A stretch of DNA of 64,000 bases from an uncultured Candidatus Binatia bacterium (GCA_965218425.1 OZ244621.1:3200001-3264000); one strand, 5' to 3'. Shown: positions 9,454 through 20,697, numbered from the stretch's first letter. A program made the numbers and translations. Notes: generated by a model from the sequence alone, not told the origin.

Positions 9454-12156
9454 TTAGGTCGAACCCTTCAAGAGTAGTTGGCGCAGCACGAATTCCAGGA
9501 TGCCCCCGTTACCGTAGTAATCCAGCTCCGCCGGTGTATCGATACGGCAGGTGACTTTAAATTCCTTAACTTTTCCGTCATCGCTCTGCGCATTAACCGA
9601 TAGTTCTTTTCCCACCTTGAGTCCATCCTGAATTCCCGTGATCTCATAGGTCTCGAACCCCGTGAGACCGAGGGATGCGGCGTTTTCTCCCCCCTTGAAC
9701 TGCAATGGAAGAATTCCCATGCCGATCAGATTGCTGCGGTGGATTCTCTCGTAGCTCTCTACGATGGCGGCTGTGACCCCCAGTAGTCGCGGTCCCTTTG
9801 CCGCCCAGTCCCGCGAGGAACCGGACCCATATTCCTTCCCGGCAATCACAATGAGCGGAACTCCCTCTTTTTGGTACTGCATTGCGGCATCGTAAATGAA
9901 CATCTGTTTTTTCTCCGGGAGGTGGACCGTCCAACCGCCTTCGATGCCGGGAGCCAACTGGTTTTTGAGGCGTACATTGGCGAAGGTGCCCCGCACCATC
10001 ACCTCATGGTTTCCCCTTCGCGCGCCATAGGAGTTGAAGTCCTTGGGTTGAACTCCGTGATCTTTAAAATATCGGGCTGCGGGTCCGTCCTTCTCAATGG
10101 ATCCAGCCGGAGAGATGTGGTCAGTGGTGATGGAGTCGCCCAGTAGGGCCAGGGTACGGGCCCCTTTGATGTCCTGCGGCGCCCTCGGCTCCCGGGGTAA
10201 GTCAATAAAGTAGGGTGCCTCCCGCACATAGGTTGAATGTGCATCCCAGGAAAATATCGTGCCCTGAGGGACGGGCAGTTCCTTCCAGGTTCTGTCTCCT
10301 TCAAATACTTCAGCATATTGCTTTTTGAACATGTCAGACTGGAGGGAGGTTTGAATGGTCTCCTGAACCTCCTGTGGGGTGGGCCAAATGTCTTTTAAGA
10401 ACACAGGGCCACCCTTTGAATCCTTTCCCAGCGGGTCTTTGTAGAGGTCCAGGTCCATACTTCCGGCCAGGGCATAGGCCACCACAAGGGGAGGGGAGGC
10501 TAGATAGTTGGCTCTCACCCTCGGATGAATTCGTCCTTCAAAGTTACGATTGCCGGACACCACCGATACCGCCACCAGGTCACCCTCCTGAACGGCGGCA
10601 TCGACGGACTCGGGTAGGGGTCCGCTGTTACCGATGCACGTGGTGCATCCGTAACCCACGAGAAAAAAACCGAGTTCTTCCAGGTAGCGGATGAGACCGG
10701 TCTCCTTGAGATAATCCGTCACCACTTTCGATCCCGGTGCGAGGCTGGTTTTGACCCAGGGCTTCGCCTTGAGACCTCGTTCCACCGCCTTCTTGGCCAG
10801 CAGCCCGGCGCCAATCATGACGGATGGGTTGGATGTGTTCGTGCAGCTGGTGATGGCGGAGATGACCACGGAACCATGACCGAGGTCGAATTTGTCTCCG
10901 TTGGATGCTACGGGGACGCTGTGAGTCGGGTTACTGCTCTTCAGCATACCGGGAAGAGATTCCTGAAAGGCCTGCTTGGCTCGGGAAAGGGGCACCCGGT
11001 CCTGAGGCCTCTTTGGCCCCGCCAGGCTCGGTTCCACAGTGGCGAGATCCAATTCCAGGCTGTCACTGAAAATCGGGTCTGGGGTGGAATCGGTTCGGAA
11101 AAGCCCCTGTTCTTTGCAATAGGCCTCGGCCAGTTGGATCAGTTCCGGATCACGGCTCGTGAACTTGAGGTATTTCAAGGTCTCGTCGTCCACTGGGAAA
11201 AACCCAATGGTGGCCCCGTACTCCGGACACATGTTCCCGATGGTAGCCCGGTCCGCCAGGCTGAGGTTGGAAAGGCCAGGACCGTAGAACTCCACAAACT
11301 TTTCCACAACGCCTTTCTTACGGAGCATCTGGGTTACTGTAAGGACGAGATCCGTGGCGGTGGCTCCCTCGGGCATTCGTCCATGGAGCTTGAAACCGAT
11401 CACCTGGGGAATCAGCATGATGAATGGTTGCCCCAGCATGGCCGCTTCCGCCTCAATTCCTCCTACGCCCCAGCCCACAACGCCCAGTCCGTTGATCATG
11501 GTGGTATGGGAGTCAGTGCCGACGAGGGTGTCGGGATACGCAACGTCTTTTCCGTCCTGGTTCGCCCTAAAGACCACCTGACCTAGATACTCCAGGTTGA
11601 TCTGATGAACGATTCCCGTATCCGGCGGGACCACCCGGAAGTTATGAAATCCCTTTTGCGCCCACCGCAAGAAGGCGTAGCGTTCACCGTTTCTCTCCAA
11701 CTCGAGTTGAGCGTTGTGTTGGAAAGCCTGTGCAGAGCCGAATTGATCCACCTGAACGGAGTGATCAATAATCAAGTCCACCGGTTGAAGGGGATTGATG
11801 AGGTCCGGTTTGCCTCCCATCCGCTCCATGGCGTTTCTCATGGCGGCCAGATCAACGATGGCCGGGATTCCCGTAAAGTCCTGCATGAGCACTCGAGCCG
11901 GCATAAACGCAATTTCCTTGTCCTGCTTGGCTGTGGGGTTCCAGCCCGCGAGGGTCTCTATATCGTTCTTTGTGACGAGTTTACCGTCCTCTAAGCGCAA
12001 CAGGTTTTCCAGCAGAACTCTGATGGAGACGGGCAGTCGGGAGACGTTTTTAATACCAGCCTTATCGAGACTGTCCAGGCGAAAAATGTCGTAGTTTCGA
12101 TTGCCAACCTTGAGGGTTGAACGAGCGCCAAAACTATTTAAATTGCTGTTTGCCAT
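9454..12156 (-). CDS. acnA: Aconitate hydratase A
   Basis: [54 protein letters not shown]; 900 aa. Confidence 0.98.
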   Translation of the reverse strand: MANSNLNSFGARSTLKVGNRNYDIFRLDSLDKAGIKNVSRLPVSIRVLLENLLRLEDGKLVTKNDIETLAGWNPTAKQDKEIAFMPARVLMQDFTGIPAIVDLAAMRNAMERMGGKPDLINPLQPVDLIIDHSVQVDQFGSAQAFQHNAQLELERNGERYAFLRWAQKGFHNFRVVPPDTGIVHQINLEYLGQVVFRANQDGKDVAYPDTLVGTDSHTTMINGLGVVGWGVGGIEAEAAMLGQPFIMLIPQVIGFKLHGRMPEGATATDLVLTVTQMLRKKGVVEKFVEFYGPGLSNLSLADRATIGNMCPEYGATIGFFPVDDETLKYLKFTSRDPELIQLAEAYCKEQGLFRTDSTPDPIFSDSLELDLATVEPSLAGPKRPQDRVPLSRAKQAFQESLPGMLKSSNPTHSVPVASNGDKFDLGHGSVVISAITSCTNTSNPSVMIGAGLLAKKAVERGLKAKPWVKTSLAPGSKVVTDYLKETGLIRYLEELGFFLVGYGCTTCIGNSGPLPESVDAAVQEGDLVAVSVVSGNRNFEGRIHPRVRANYLASPPLVVAYALAGSMDLDLYKDPLGKDSKGGPVFLKDIWPTPQEVQETIQTSLQSDMFKKQYAEVFEGDRTWKELPVPQGTIFSWDAHSTYVREAPYFIDLPREPRAPQDIKGARTLALLGDSITTDHISPAGSIEKDGPAARYFKDHGVQPKDFNSYGARRGNHEVMVRGTFANVRLKNQLAPGIEGGWTVHLPEKKQMFIYDAAMQYQKEGVPLIVIAGKEYGSGSSRDWAAKGPRLLGVTAAIVESYERIHRSNLIGMGILPLQFKGGENAASLGLTGFETYEITGIQDGLKVGKELSVNAQSDDGKVKEFKVTCRIDTPAELDYYGNGGILEFVLRQLLLKGST

Positions 12157-12347
12157 TGCACATCTCCCGAAGAAAATATTTCAATTTTCTGAAGGTTCAA
12201 TCGTCGTTGCTATTAATACAACAAGGGCCACCGCATCACAAGGTGCGCCAAGACCGATTTTCCTTCCCTAAGGAATGACGTCGTAATCCGCGGAAGTGCT
12301 AATTCATTGGTTGAATTGACTTCAAGAAGTGTGTTTTCTGGCCGGGG

Positions 12348-13550
12348 CTAGATCACTTTGTCTCGTCGCAGGTCGCCAATGGTCTTGGAATCGTAACCCA
12401 GTTCCTTCAGGATCTCCTCGCTATCCTCGCCCAGGTCAGGAATCCGGTCGTAGCGGGCTGGACTGTCCGTTAAACGTAGCGGGGTGCCGATGACGGGGAC
12501 GGGACCCACAGGGGACTCTACTTCGCGAATGAGCTTGCGGGCCAGCACTTGAGGATGGGCAAGAACCTGTGCGATGCCTCGAACCTCTCCGTGGGGAAGC
12601 TGGGCTTTCTTGAGACGCTCCAACCATTCGCCATGGTCCCGCTCAAGAAATGCCGCTTCGATGGTCTCTTCCAGCACGGCGCGGTTTTGCCTTCTCTTCT
12701 CAACCGTCGAAAAACGTTCGTCGGAGAGGAGATCCGGGCGTTCTATCACCTCACGGCAGAAAATCTGCCAGTCCTGAGGGGTCGCCACGGCTAGATTCAC
12801 GTACTGGCCGTTTTTGGCAAGGTAAGGTCCGTAGGGTGTCACGTAGTGGTGGCGCATTCCCACGCGCTCGGGTTCCTCCCCCTGGTGCCAGTAGTGATGC
12901 GGAAAATATCCGAGCCATGAGATCAAGGACTCGAACATGGAGATATCCACGGCCTGCCCACGTCCAGTTCTCTCCCGCTGCAGCAAGGCAAGAGAGATGC
13001 CTAGCGCCGCATACATGCCTGCCGCGATGTCCACAATGGCGATGCTCGCCTTGGCTGGTTTGTCCGGGTAACCGGTGGTTGCGATCAGCCCCCCTTCGCC
13101 TTGGATCAACAGGTCGTAGGCCTTGACGTCGCGATAGGGGCCATCCTGCCCGTAACCGGAGAGGGAACAATAGATCAACCTCGGGTTTAAGGCTGAAAGT
13201 TCTTCGTAGCCCAGACCCACCCGCTCCGCCACTCCGGGGGAGGCATTTTCGAAGAAGACATCGGTTTTTTTCACCAGGTCATGAACCACTGCCTGACCTT
13301 TGGTCTGCTTTACGTCTACGGTAAGGCTTCGTTTGTTGCGATTGAGCCACACGTAGCCGGAGGAAAGACCCCTGACGGCGCTGTCCCAATGACGAATCAG
13401 GTCCCCCGTGCCGGGCTTTTCTATTTTGATGACCTCGGCTCCCATGTCGCCCAAGAGCAGCGTGCAGAAGGGACCGGAGAGAACCTGTTCAAACGCGACA
13501 ACGCGGATCCCGGAAAGAGCTGCCTCGGCAGCGGGCTTACTTGGACTCAC
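12348..13550 (-). CDS. CaiB/BaiF family III CoA-transferase (possible itaconate/citramalate CoA-transferase)
   Basis: SGPFCTLLLGDMGAEVIKIE, NRNKRS, SGYGQDGPY, YD; GTG start with GAGG RBS overlapping the MaoC stop. Confidence 0.92.
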   Translation of the reverse strand: MSPSKPAAEAALSGIRVVAFEQVLSGPFCTLLLGDMGAEVIKIEKPGTGDLIRHWDSAVRGLSSGYVWLNRNKRSLTVDVKQTKGQAVVHDLVKKTDVFFENASPGVAERVGLGYEELSALNPRLIYCSLSGYGQDGPYRDVKAYDLLIQGEGGLIATTGYPDKPAKASIAIVDIAAGMYAALGISLALLQRERTGRGQAVDISMFESLISWLGYFPHHYWHQGEEPERVGMRHHYVTPYGPYLAKNGQYVNLAVATPQDWQIFCREVIERPDLLSDERFSTVEKRRQNRAVLEETIEAAFLERDHGEWLERLKKAQLPHGEVRGIAQVLAHPQVLARKLIREVESPVGPVPVIGTPLRLTDSPARYDRIPDLGEDSEEILKELGYDSKTIGDLRRDKVI

Positions 13551-14046
13551 TCTTAACCTCCGGGAAGAGATCCCGTTTAGGGGCGTGGGCACGCTTCCAG
13601 ACCATGACCGAGCGAGAATAGTCGATCACCACCGTACCATCCTGCTTGATGCCACGGGTTCGGACCTTGATGATTCCCCATTGCGGCTTCGATTTTGACT
13701 CTCGCTTGTCCAGGACTTCGGATTCCGAGTAAACCGTATCCCCCGCGAATACCGGGTTGGGTAGCTTGATCTCATCCCAGCCAAGGGCGAAACCGTTCTC
13801 ACTCACGTCGGCGACTCCCAGGCCCGCGACGATGGCCAGGGTGAGTGCGCTGTTGACCAGACACTTTCCAAACTCAGTCTGCTTACCGTACTCGTTGTTG
13901 AAGTGTATTTGATTTGTGTTGTTGGTGAGCAAAGTAAACGAGATATTGTCGGCTTCCGTAATGGTGCGTCCCAGGCGACAGCGGTAAACGTCACCCACTT
14001 CGAAGTCCTCGAAAAAACGGCCTTCCCAGCCAGGTTTCACGGCCAT
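13537..14046 (-). CDS. MaoC-family dehydratase/hydratase
   Basis: GRFFEDFEVGD, RTITEADN...TNNTNQIH, PVFAGDT. Confidence 0.9.
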   Translation of the reverse strand: MAVKPGWEGRFFEDFEVGDVYRCRLGRTITEADNISFTLLTNNTNQIHFNNEYGKQTEFGKCLVNSALTLAIVAGLGVADVSENGFALGWDEIKLPNPVFAGDTVYSESEVLDKRESKSKPQWGIIKVRTRGIKQDGTVVIDYSRSVMVWKRAHAPKRDLFPEVKSESK

Positions 14047-14176
14047 GATCGGTTCCTCCCCGTCGAGTTTATCGTATCATACAATGAGGAATGAAAAGTG
14101 CAAAGCATGGAGAAAATTGAATTTTGCATTTCCATGCCTGGCCGATATACTACGCACAGTGGTTTAGGAGAAATTC

Positions 14177-15337
14177 ATGGACTTCAATTTGACCCAGGAC
14201 CAGATGCAGATTCAGGAAGAGATCCGCAAGGTTTGCCATGAGTTTCCTGATTCCTACTGGCGCGAGCTGGATGGCAAGGGAGAATATCCGGACTCCTTTG
14301 TGCGCAAGCTCACCGAGCTGGGATGGCTTGCGGCCCTGATTCCCGAGGAGTTTGGCGGAAGCAATCTGGGCATAACAGAGGCGAGCATCATACTGGAGGA
14401 AATCAATCGCTCGGGTGGAAACTCTACCGCTTGCCACGCCCAGATGTACACTATGGGAACCCTTCTCAAACATGGGAGCCAGGAACAAAAGAAACGCTAT
14501 CTGCCGAAGATCGCTCGCGGCGAATTGCGCCTTCAGGCCTTCGCGGTCACCGAACCCGACGCAGGCTCTGAAACCACCCGAATTCAAACCCGGGCGGAGC
14601 GCAAAGGTGAACATTATCTCATATCCGGCCAAAAGATTTTTATCTCTCGTGTGCGCCAATCCGACTTGATGCTTCTTTTAGCCCGCACCACTCCCTATGA
14701 TGACTTGGAAGACAAAACACGGGGGCTGTCGGTTTTTATCGTAGACCTCGCTGAGGCGGAAGGTAGTCTGGAGGTGAAGCCCCTGGACCTCATGATCAAC
14801 CACCACACCAATGTTCTCTTCTTTGATGGACTCAAGGTCCCGGCGAAAAACCTCGTGGGTAAGGAGGGGATGGGTTTTCGTTACATCATCGACGGGTGGA
14901 ATGCGGAGCGTATTTTGGTGGCTTCGGAAGCCATCGGTGACGGTCGCTGGTTTATCCAACGGGCGGCCAAGTACGCCACGGAGCGTGAGGTCTTCGGCCG
15001 GGCCATTGGTTCCAATCAGGGAATTCAGTTTCCCATCGCCCAGGCCTACTCCCGCATCGAAGCCGCCAATCTCGTGCGCTTTCAGGCGGCCACGAAGTTC
15101 GACCGGAAGGAAAAGTGCGGGGCCGAGGCCAACATGGCAAAACTATTGGCCTCAGAGGCTTCCTGGGAATCAGCCAACATCTGTCTTACCACCCATGGGG
15201 GGTACGGGCTGTCAGTGGATTACGACGTGGAGCGAAAATTCCGAGAGACGCGATTGCTCACCATTGCCCCCGTGAGTAATAATCTGGTGCTTGCCTACCT
15301 GGGGCAACATGTATTGGGAATGCCGAAGTCGTATTGA
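14177..15337 (+). CDS. Acyl-CoA dehydrogenase
   Basis: FAVTEPDAGS, GQKIFIS, WNAER, REVFGRAIG, HGGYG, ERKFRE. Confidence 0.95.
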   Translation: MDFNLTQDQMQIQEEIRKVCHEFPDSYWRELDGKGEYPDSFVRKLTELGWLAALIPEEFGGSNLGITEASIILEEINRSGGNSTACHAQMYTMGTLLKHGSQEQKKRYLPKIARGELRLQAFAVTEPDAGSETTRIQTRAERKGEHYLISGQKIFISRVRQSDLMLLLARTTPYDDLEDKTRGLSVFIVDLAEAEGSLEVKPLDLMINHHTNVLFFDGLKVPAKNLVGKEGMGFRYIIDGWNAERILVASEAIGDGRWFIQRAAKYATEREVFGRAIGSNQGIQFPIAQAYSRIEAANLVRFQAATKFDRKEKCGAEANMAKLLASEASWESANICLTTHGGYGLSVDYDVERKFRETRLLTIAPVSNNLVLAYLGQHVLGMPKSY

Positions 15338-15400
15338 GCGACAGGGACCGAGATAGGGAGAGAGACGGAGAAGCGGACAAGGACTGCACAGGAGAAACAC

Positions 15401-16291
15401 GTGGACCTTAAACGTTCCTGGATGTTTGTGCCGGGTCACCGGCAGCGCATGATTGATAAGTCAATGGGGCTCGGCACTGATGCAATCATGTTGGATATCG
15501 AAGACGGCGTGGCTCCGAGCGAAAAAGACACCGCCCGTAAACTGATCGGCGAGGCCTTGGGGCGTGAACACTCTCCCGATTCCCCCACGCGTTTCGTTCG
15601 CATCAATGCCATTGGACATGAGCGTATGGATTCGGATCTGGAAGCGGTCCTTCGGCCCGGGCTGGACGGTTTGGTTCTCCCCAAGGTGGAGACGTCACAG
15701 GAGGTGCTCCAAGTGGATGGCATCGTCACCGAGCGAGAAACTTCACTCGGGATGGAGCGCGGGATAGTTCGGTTCCTCATAGCAATCGAAAGTCCCAAGG
15801 GGCTGCTCAACGCAGCCGCCATTGTCTCATGTTCCTCCCGGGTCATGGGGTTGATGTTCGGCGCGGAGGACTTCAGCCGGGAAATGGGGCTTCCCCTGGT
15901 GCGTGAAGGAGAGGCGCAGGATTTGATCTACGCGCGGTCGGCCATGGTCACGGCTGCCGCATCGGCCCATGTGCAGGTGGTGGACGGGGTTTGGGTGGAC
16001 CTTAACAACGCGGACGGTCTATGGGGATTCGCCCGGCAGTCACGGCGACTGGGATTCACCGGCATGTCGTTGATTCACCCATCCCAGATCGATCCCATTA
16101 ACGGTGTCTTCAGCCCGACTCAGGAAGAGACGGATTACGCCCGGAAGGTAATCAAGGCCTACGATGAAGCCGTAGCTAGAGGGGACGGTTCCGTTTCCTT
16201 CGGCGGCCAACTTTTGGACCGCCCCATTGTGGAGCGGGCCCGTCGCACCCTAGTGCTGGCCAAGGCCCTGGGGATTGGGACAAGAACATGA
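15401..16291 (+). CDS. CitE/HpcH-family CoA-ester lyase (citramalyl-/malyl-CoA lyase-like)
   Basis: RSWMFVPG, LDIEDGV, FVRIN, LPKVE, IESPKG, FGAED, IHPSQI. Confidence 0.92.
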   Translation: MDLKRSWMFVPGHRQRMIDKSMGLGTDAIMLDIEDGVAPSEKDTARKLIGEALGREHSPDSPTRFVRINAIGHERMDSDLEAVLRPGLDGLVLPKVETSQEVLQVDGIVTERETSLGMERGIVRFLIAIESPKGLLNAAAIVSCSSRVMGLMFGAEDFSREMGLPLVREGEAQDLIYARSAMVTAAASAHVQVVDGVWVDLNNADGLWGFARQSRRLGFTGMSLIHPSQIDPINGVFSPTQEETDYARKVIKAYDEAVARGDGSVSFGGQLLDRPIVERARRTLVLAKALGIGTRT

Positions 16292-16353
16292 GCCGATAAG
16301 CAGGGTCTTTGGTATAGTTAGTCGCAGCCAGCCCGGAAACAGCGATAATCCGC

Positions 16354-19251
16354 ATGGCACAGATCCCCGCAGAAGTCCTGACCCTGGTTGAACGATTCGA
16401 CAGGAACCGGGAAGCCTACCAGAACCAAGCCTATAATGAGACGCAATTGCGTCAGGAATTCATCAATCCATTATTTGAGGCTTTGGGTTGGGATGTTGCA
16501 AATAAATCCGGCTATGCCGAGGCATACAAAGAAGTCATCCATGAAGATGCAATCAAGATCGGCGGGGCGACCAAGGCGCCGGATTATTGTTTCAGAATTG
16601 GCGGGGCACGGAAATTCTTCGTTGAAGCCAAGAAGCCATCAGTCTCCATCAAAGAGAATGTCAGTCCTGCATATCAGCTCCGCCGTTACGCATGGAGCGC
16701 AAAGCTCCCTCTTTCCATTTTGACAGACTTTGAAGAGTTCGCTGTTTACGACTGTCGTTTACTCCCAAAGCCTTCGGACAAACCGAGTATGGGTAGAATC
16801 CTGTACTTGACCTATAACGATTACGCGGACCGTTGGGACGAAATTGAGACGGTTTTTTCACGGGACGCCATACTTAAAGGGTCATTCGACAAGTACGCTG
16901 AGTCCAGCAAGGGCAAGAGAGGGACCGCAGAGGTAGACAAGGCTTTCCTGAAGGAAATCGAGGCATGGCGTGAGGCTCTGGCTCGTAATCTGGCGCTCCG
17001 GAATCCGAAGCTAAGCGTACGGGATCTTAATTTTTCCGTTCAACGCACTATCGACCGGGTCATCTTCCTCCGCATGTGTGAAGATCGAGGTATCGAGATT
17101 TACGGCGAGCTCCGGAGTCTTCTAAACGGCGAAAATACCTACAAGCGATTGCAATACGTTTATGGACTCGCGGACGACAAGTACAATTCAGGCCTGTTTC
17201 ATTTCAAGGAAGAGAAAGGTAGGAGTGAAGAGCCTGACAAGTTGTCCCTTGCCCTAAAGATTGATGACAAGATTCTGAAAGACATCATACGCCGGCTCTA
17301 TTATCCTGAGAGTCCTTATGAGTTTTCCGTTCTGAGCGCCGATATCCTCGGGAACGTCTACGAGCAGTTTCTGGGCAAGGTCATCCGGCTGACCTCGGGC
17401 CACCGTGCCGTTGTGGAGGAAAAGCCCGAGGTCAAAAAAGCCGGAGGCGTCTATTACACTCCCACTTATATTGTCGATTACATTGTAAACAGCACCGTCG
17501 GAAAACTTTGCGAGGACAAGAACCCAAAGCAGCTAGAAAAGCTTAAAATCCTCGACCCTGCCTGCGGGTCGGGCTCCTTTCTCATAGGCGCCTATAGATA
17601 CCTTCTGGACTACCACCGAGATTGGTATGTCAGTAATATCCCCCTGAAGCACACGAAGCAAATTTACCAGGGTCGCGGCGGCCAATGGAACCTTACTACC
17701 CAAGAAAAGAAGCGAATTCTGCTTAACAACATCTATGGAGTTGACATCGATAGCCAGGCAGTGGAGGTCACTAAGCTCAGCCTCCTGTTAAAAGTGTTGG
17801 AGGGTGAGAGTGAAGAGACGATAAACAAGCAGCTCAAGATCTGGCGCGAACGCGCCCTCCCTGACCTTGGCCATAACATCAAATGCGGCAACTCCCTCAT
17901 CGGTCCGGAGTATTATGAGAGGCAACAGGCAAATCTGTTTAATGACGAGGAAACTCATCGAGTGAACGCCTTCAATTGGATAGCCGAATTTCCGGAAATT
18001 ATGAAGGCCGGTGGGTTTGATGTGGTGATGGGGAACCCCCCGTACGTATTTGGACGTGACTGGCAGGCCCTTAACATCGGGGATGATGTTAAAGCTTACC
18101 TTGGCGATAAGTATAAAAGTTCGCCGTACCAACTTGATTTGTTTTCCATTTTTATGGAGAAAGCGTGTCAGCTCTGCCGACGTTCAGGATATGTCGGTCA
18201 AATTGTGCCGAACGTGTGGCTTACAAACACCTACTCTTCGACCACACGTGCATTTATTTTAGCCCAAGCAAACAACCTGACAATTACGACGCCGCCATCA
18301 AACGTTTTTCACGGCCTAACAGTTGATACAGTAGTTTATACTTTTCAGAGGACAGATCGACCTGGAAACACGTTTACGATTAATGCAATGCGCAATGGTA
18401 ACCTCGTTGAAATTGCCGATTGTAATAGGAAGCAATACATCGACGGGCATCGCCCAATATCAATGTCTCTCGACCAAGCAAGCGCTGACTTAACTCATCG
18501 GCTTAAAAAAGGTAACTTAGAAGTTCAAGATTTTGCCTTAGTCACGCGAGGAGTCCATCCATACCGAACCGGAGGCTATGGACAAACCGCCTTTGGCATA
18601 GGGCCACAGATAATCCGTGACGTTAGGGAACGTCCTTATCACAGCAAATCTAAACAAAAAGGATATCGACCCTTCATTTATGGACGTGATTTACAGCGAT
18701 TTTCGCCGCCAAAGGCGACTGAGTTTTTAAAATACGGTCCATGGCTTGCTGAGCCGAGACAAGCTGACTTCTTTCAAGGTGAGCGTGTTTACTCTCGAAA
18801 AATTCTGGGTGACCGGTTAGTGGTGACCATCGAAGTTACAGATTCTATTGCAGACCAACAAGTATACATTGCTCGGCCTAAATCAGGTGATGTTGGTGCA
18901 TACTATCTTGGCGGAGTTCTCGGCAGCCGAGTCATAGCCTTCTTTATACGAGGATACTATGACGAGGTGAATGATGCATTTCCACAAGTTAAGGTGACTC
19001 AGCTAAAGTCGCTTCCAATACCCGCTATCAATAGTTCCGAAAAGAAGATGATGCATGACCACATCTGCGAGCTTGTAAGGCGCATGGTCGGCATGAATAA
19101 GCAGTTTTCTGCTGCAAAGAATCCGAACGACAAAACGCGCCTTCAGCGTGAGATCGACACCGCTGATCGCCAAATTGACCAACTCGTGTACGAACTTTAT
19201 GGGCTGACAGAAGAGGAAATCAAGATTGTAAAGGAGGCCAATAGCTCATAA
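16354..19251 (+). CDS. Type IIG restriction-modification enzyme (endonuclease + N6-adenine MTase + TRD in one chain; Eco57I-like)
   Basis: N-terminal PD-(D/E)xK nuclease (PDY...FFVEAKK); YYTP; motif I LDPACGSG; motif IV GNPPY; TaqI-C-like TRD; C-terminal IDQLVYELYGLTEEEI. Confidence 0.93.
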   Translation: MAQIPAEVLTLVERFDRNREAYQNQAYNETQLRQEFINPLFEALGWDVANKSGYAEAYKEVIHEDAIKIGGATKAPDYCFRIGGARKFFVEAKKPSVSIKENVSPAYQLRRYAWSAKLPLSILTDFEEFAVYDCRLLPKPSDKPSMGRILYLTYNDYADRWDEIETVFSRDAILKGSFDKYAESSKGKRGTAEVDKAFLKEIEAWREALARNLALRNPKLSVRDLNFSVQRTIDRVIFLRMCEDRGIEIYGELRSLLNGENTYKRLQYVYGLADDKYNSGLFHFKEEKGRSEEPDKLSLALKIDDKILKDIIRRLYYPESPYEFSVLSADILGNVYEQFLGKVIRLTSGHRAVVEEKPEVKKAGGVYYTPTYIVDYIVNSTVGKLCEDKNPKQLEKLKILDPACGSGSFLIGAYRYLLDYHRDWYVSNIPLKHTKQIYQGRGGQWNLTTQEKKRILLNNIYGVDIDSQAVEVTKLSLLLKVLEGESEETINKQLKIWRERALPDLGHNIKCGNSLIGPEYYERQQANLFNDEETHRVNAFNWIAEFPEIMKAGGFDVVMGNPPYVFGRDWQALNIGDDVKAYLGDKYKSSPYQLDLFSIFMEKACQLCRRSGYVGQIVPNVWLTNTYSSTTRAFILAQANNLTITTPPSNVFHGLTVDTVVYTFQRTDRPGNTFTINAMRNGNLVEIADCNRKQYIDGHRPISMSLDQASADLTHRLKKGNLEVQDFALVTRGVHPYRTGGYGQTAFGIGPQIIRDVRERPYHSKSKQKGYRPFIYGRDLQRFSPPKATEFLKYGPWLAEPRQADFFQGERVYSRKILGDRLVVTIEVTDSIADQQVYIARPKSGDVGAYYLGGVLGSRVIAFFIRGYYDEVNDAFPQVKVTQLKSLPIPAINSSEKKMMHDHICELVRRMVGMNKQFSAAKNPNDKTRLQREIDTADRQIDQLVYELYGLTEEEIKIVKEANSS

Positions 19252-19461
19252 GAATTGTTACAGGAAGTGAGAAAGATTCTATTGAATGCTGACTCATCGT
19301 GGTTCTGGAATGGCTATGGTGAGAATACGAAACGGCTGAGATTTTCTGTTGATAAGCTCTGATGTATCACACCGATCTTCTTGGCGGAAATCCGATCGGC
19401 ATAGCTCTGTCGAGAATAGAGATAGGGGTGGCTAATTTCAAGGACTGAAGAGGAGCGACAT

Positions 19462-19579
19462 ATGAATTGGGGGACTATCGCTGCAATCGTGATGAGCATT
19501 GTCGCGTTAGGAATATCTCTCCGTAGGATTCTTAGTGAGAATCCGACTAGGGAGGGCCTGATAATCGAAACCGAATCTA
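19462..19579 (+). pseudogene. N-terminus of a membrane-anchored protein truncated by IS5
   Basis: GAGGAG RBS, then MNWGTIAAIVMSIVALGISLRR...; frame runs into the IS5 left end. Confidence 0.5.
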
Positions 19580-20394
19580 AGGTGTGTTTACACTAAGTAG
19601 AATTTTTATGGTGTGCTTAGGTGTATGGGAATCACCGAGGCGCAGTCCCAACGAATCTCACACAGTCTTCCGCGGTAGTGGGACAATGTTAGTCTTTCCG
19701 ACTTACAAGTGCTCAACGCGTTGTTGTGCGTAGCTGAGCATGGGTGCAAGTGGCACGGACTGCCGAAGCGTTTTGACAACTGGCACACTATCTACACCCG
19801 TATGAATCGCTGGTCCAAGAACGGCGTGTTGAATCACGTCTTTGAGCAGTTGCAGCGCGAGCATATCGTGCGGATCAAAATCGAGGGGTCAAACTGGACT
19901 CGACCACCGTCAAGGTGCATCCGGACGGCACCGGCGCTTTAAAAAAACGGACCGCAGGCCATGGGAAAATCCCGGGGAGGGTGGACTACCAAGATTCATA
20001 AGGTTGCCGCGGATGCTCGAACGGCGATAACCTTTGCTCTCTTGCCGGGCCAAGCCTCCAATGCGGTCCAAGGCCGCGAACTTCCGGGCAGCATCGGATC
20101 GCTGCTGGCACCATTGTATCTCATCATGGACCGTGCCTATCAAGGACAATAAGACTCTCCAACTGGCTCCAGACTCCGGCTTCCTCCCGGTGGTTCCGCC
20201 CAAAAGCACCCGCCTGCAGCCCTGGCGGTACGACAAGGCCATGTACCGCAAGCGCAACGAGATGGAGAGGCTCTTCCGCAGACTCAAAGGCTTCCGCCGC
20301 ATCTTCTCCCGCTTCGATAAACTCGACGTCGTTTTTCTCGCTTTCCTCACCTTCGCTCTGACCGTCGAGGCCTTCCGATAATGTTAACACGCCC
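19580..20394 (+). mobile_element. IS5-family (IS427-group-like) insertion sequence, degenerate
   Basis: Imperfect terminal IRs AGGTGTGTTTACACTA / TAATGTTAACACGCCC, flanked by TA; 815 bp. Confidence 0.85.
19625..20381 (+). pseudogene. IS5-family transposase pseudogene
   Basis: GCKWHGLP..NWHTIYTRMNRW, LDSTTVKVH, A7 frameshift site, SRGGWTTKIH, MDRAY, YRKRNEMERLFRRLK; one TAG and two extra frameshifts. Confidence 0.9.
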
Positions 20395-20397
20395 TAG

Positions 20398-20697
20398 CTG
20401 GAAGGCTGGCTAACAGGGTCCAATTGACCACGGACGGCCACAGGTCTTATCGCGGAAAGGAACAACTTGACCATGCGTATGAGCATGAGGCGATTTACTG
20501 GGCTCACAAACGCTTTCAGCAAAAAACTGGACAACCTACAAGACGCCGTGGCACTGTATTTCATGTATTACAATTTCTGCTGTATCCATAAGACCTTGAA
20601 GGTGACACCCGCGATGGAAGCTGGAGTCTCTGACCATGTATGGGGGATTGGGGAGATTATAGATTTGTTGGACGTGGCCGAAAAGAACGCGGCCTAA
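20398..20697 (+). pseudogene. IS1-family-like DDE transposase C-terminal remnant with an internal deletion
   Basis: RLANRVQLTTDGHRSY joined to NLTMRMSMRRFTGLTNAFSKK...YNFC.IHKTLKVTPAMEAG. Confidence 0.8.

Noticed and set aside
10876..11586. 236-aa plus-strand ORF and similar long antisense ORFs (e.g. 24500-25414)
   Set aside because: Antisense shadows of acnA and the reductase, expected at this GC content; no motifs
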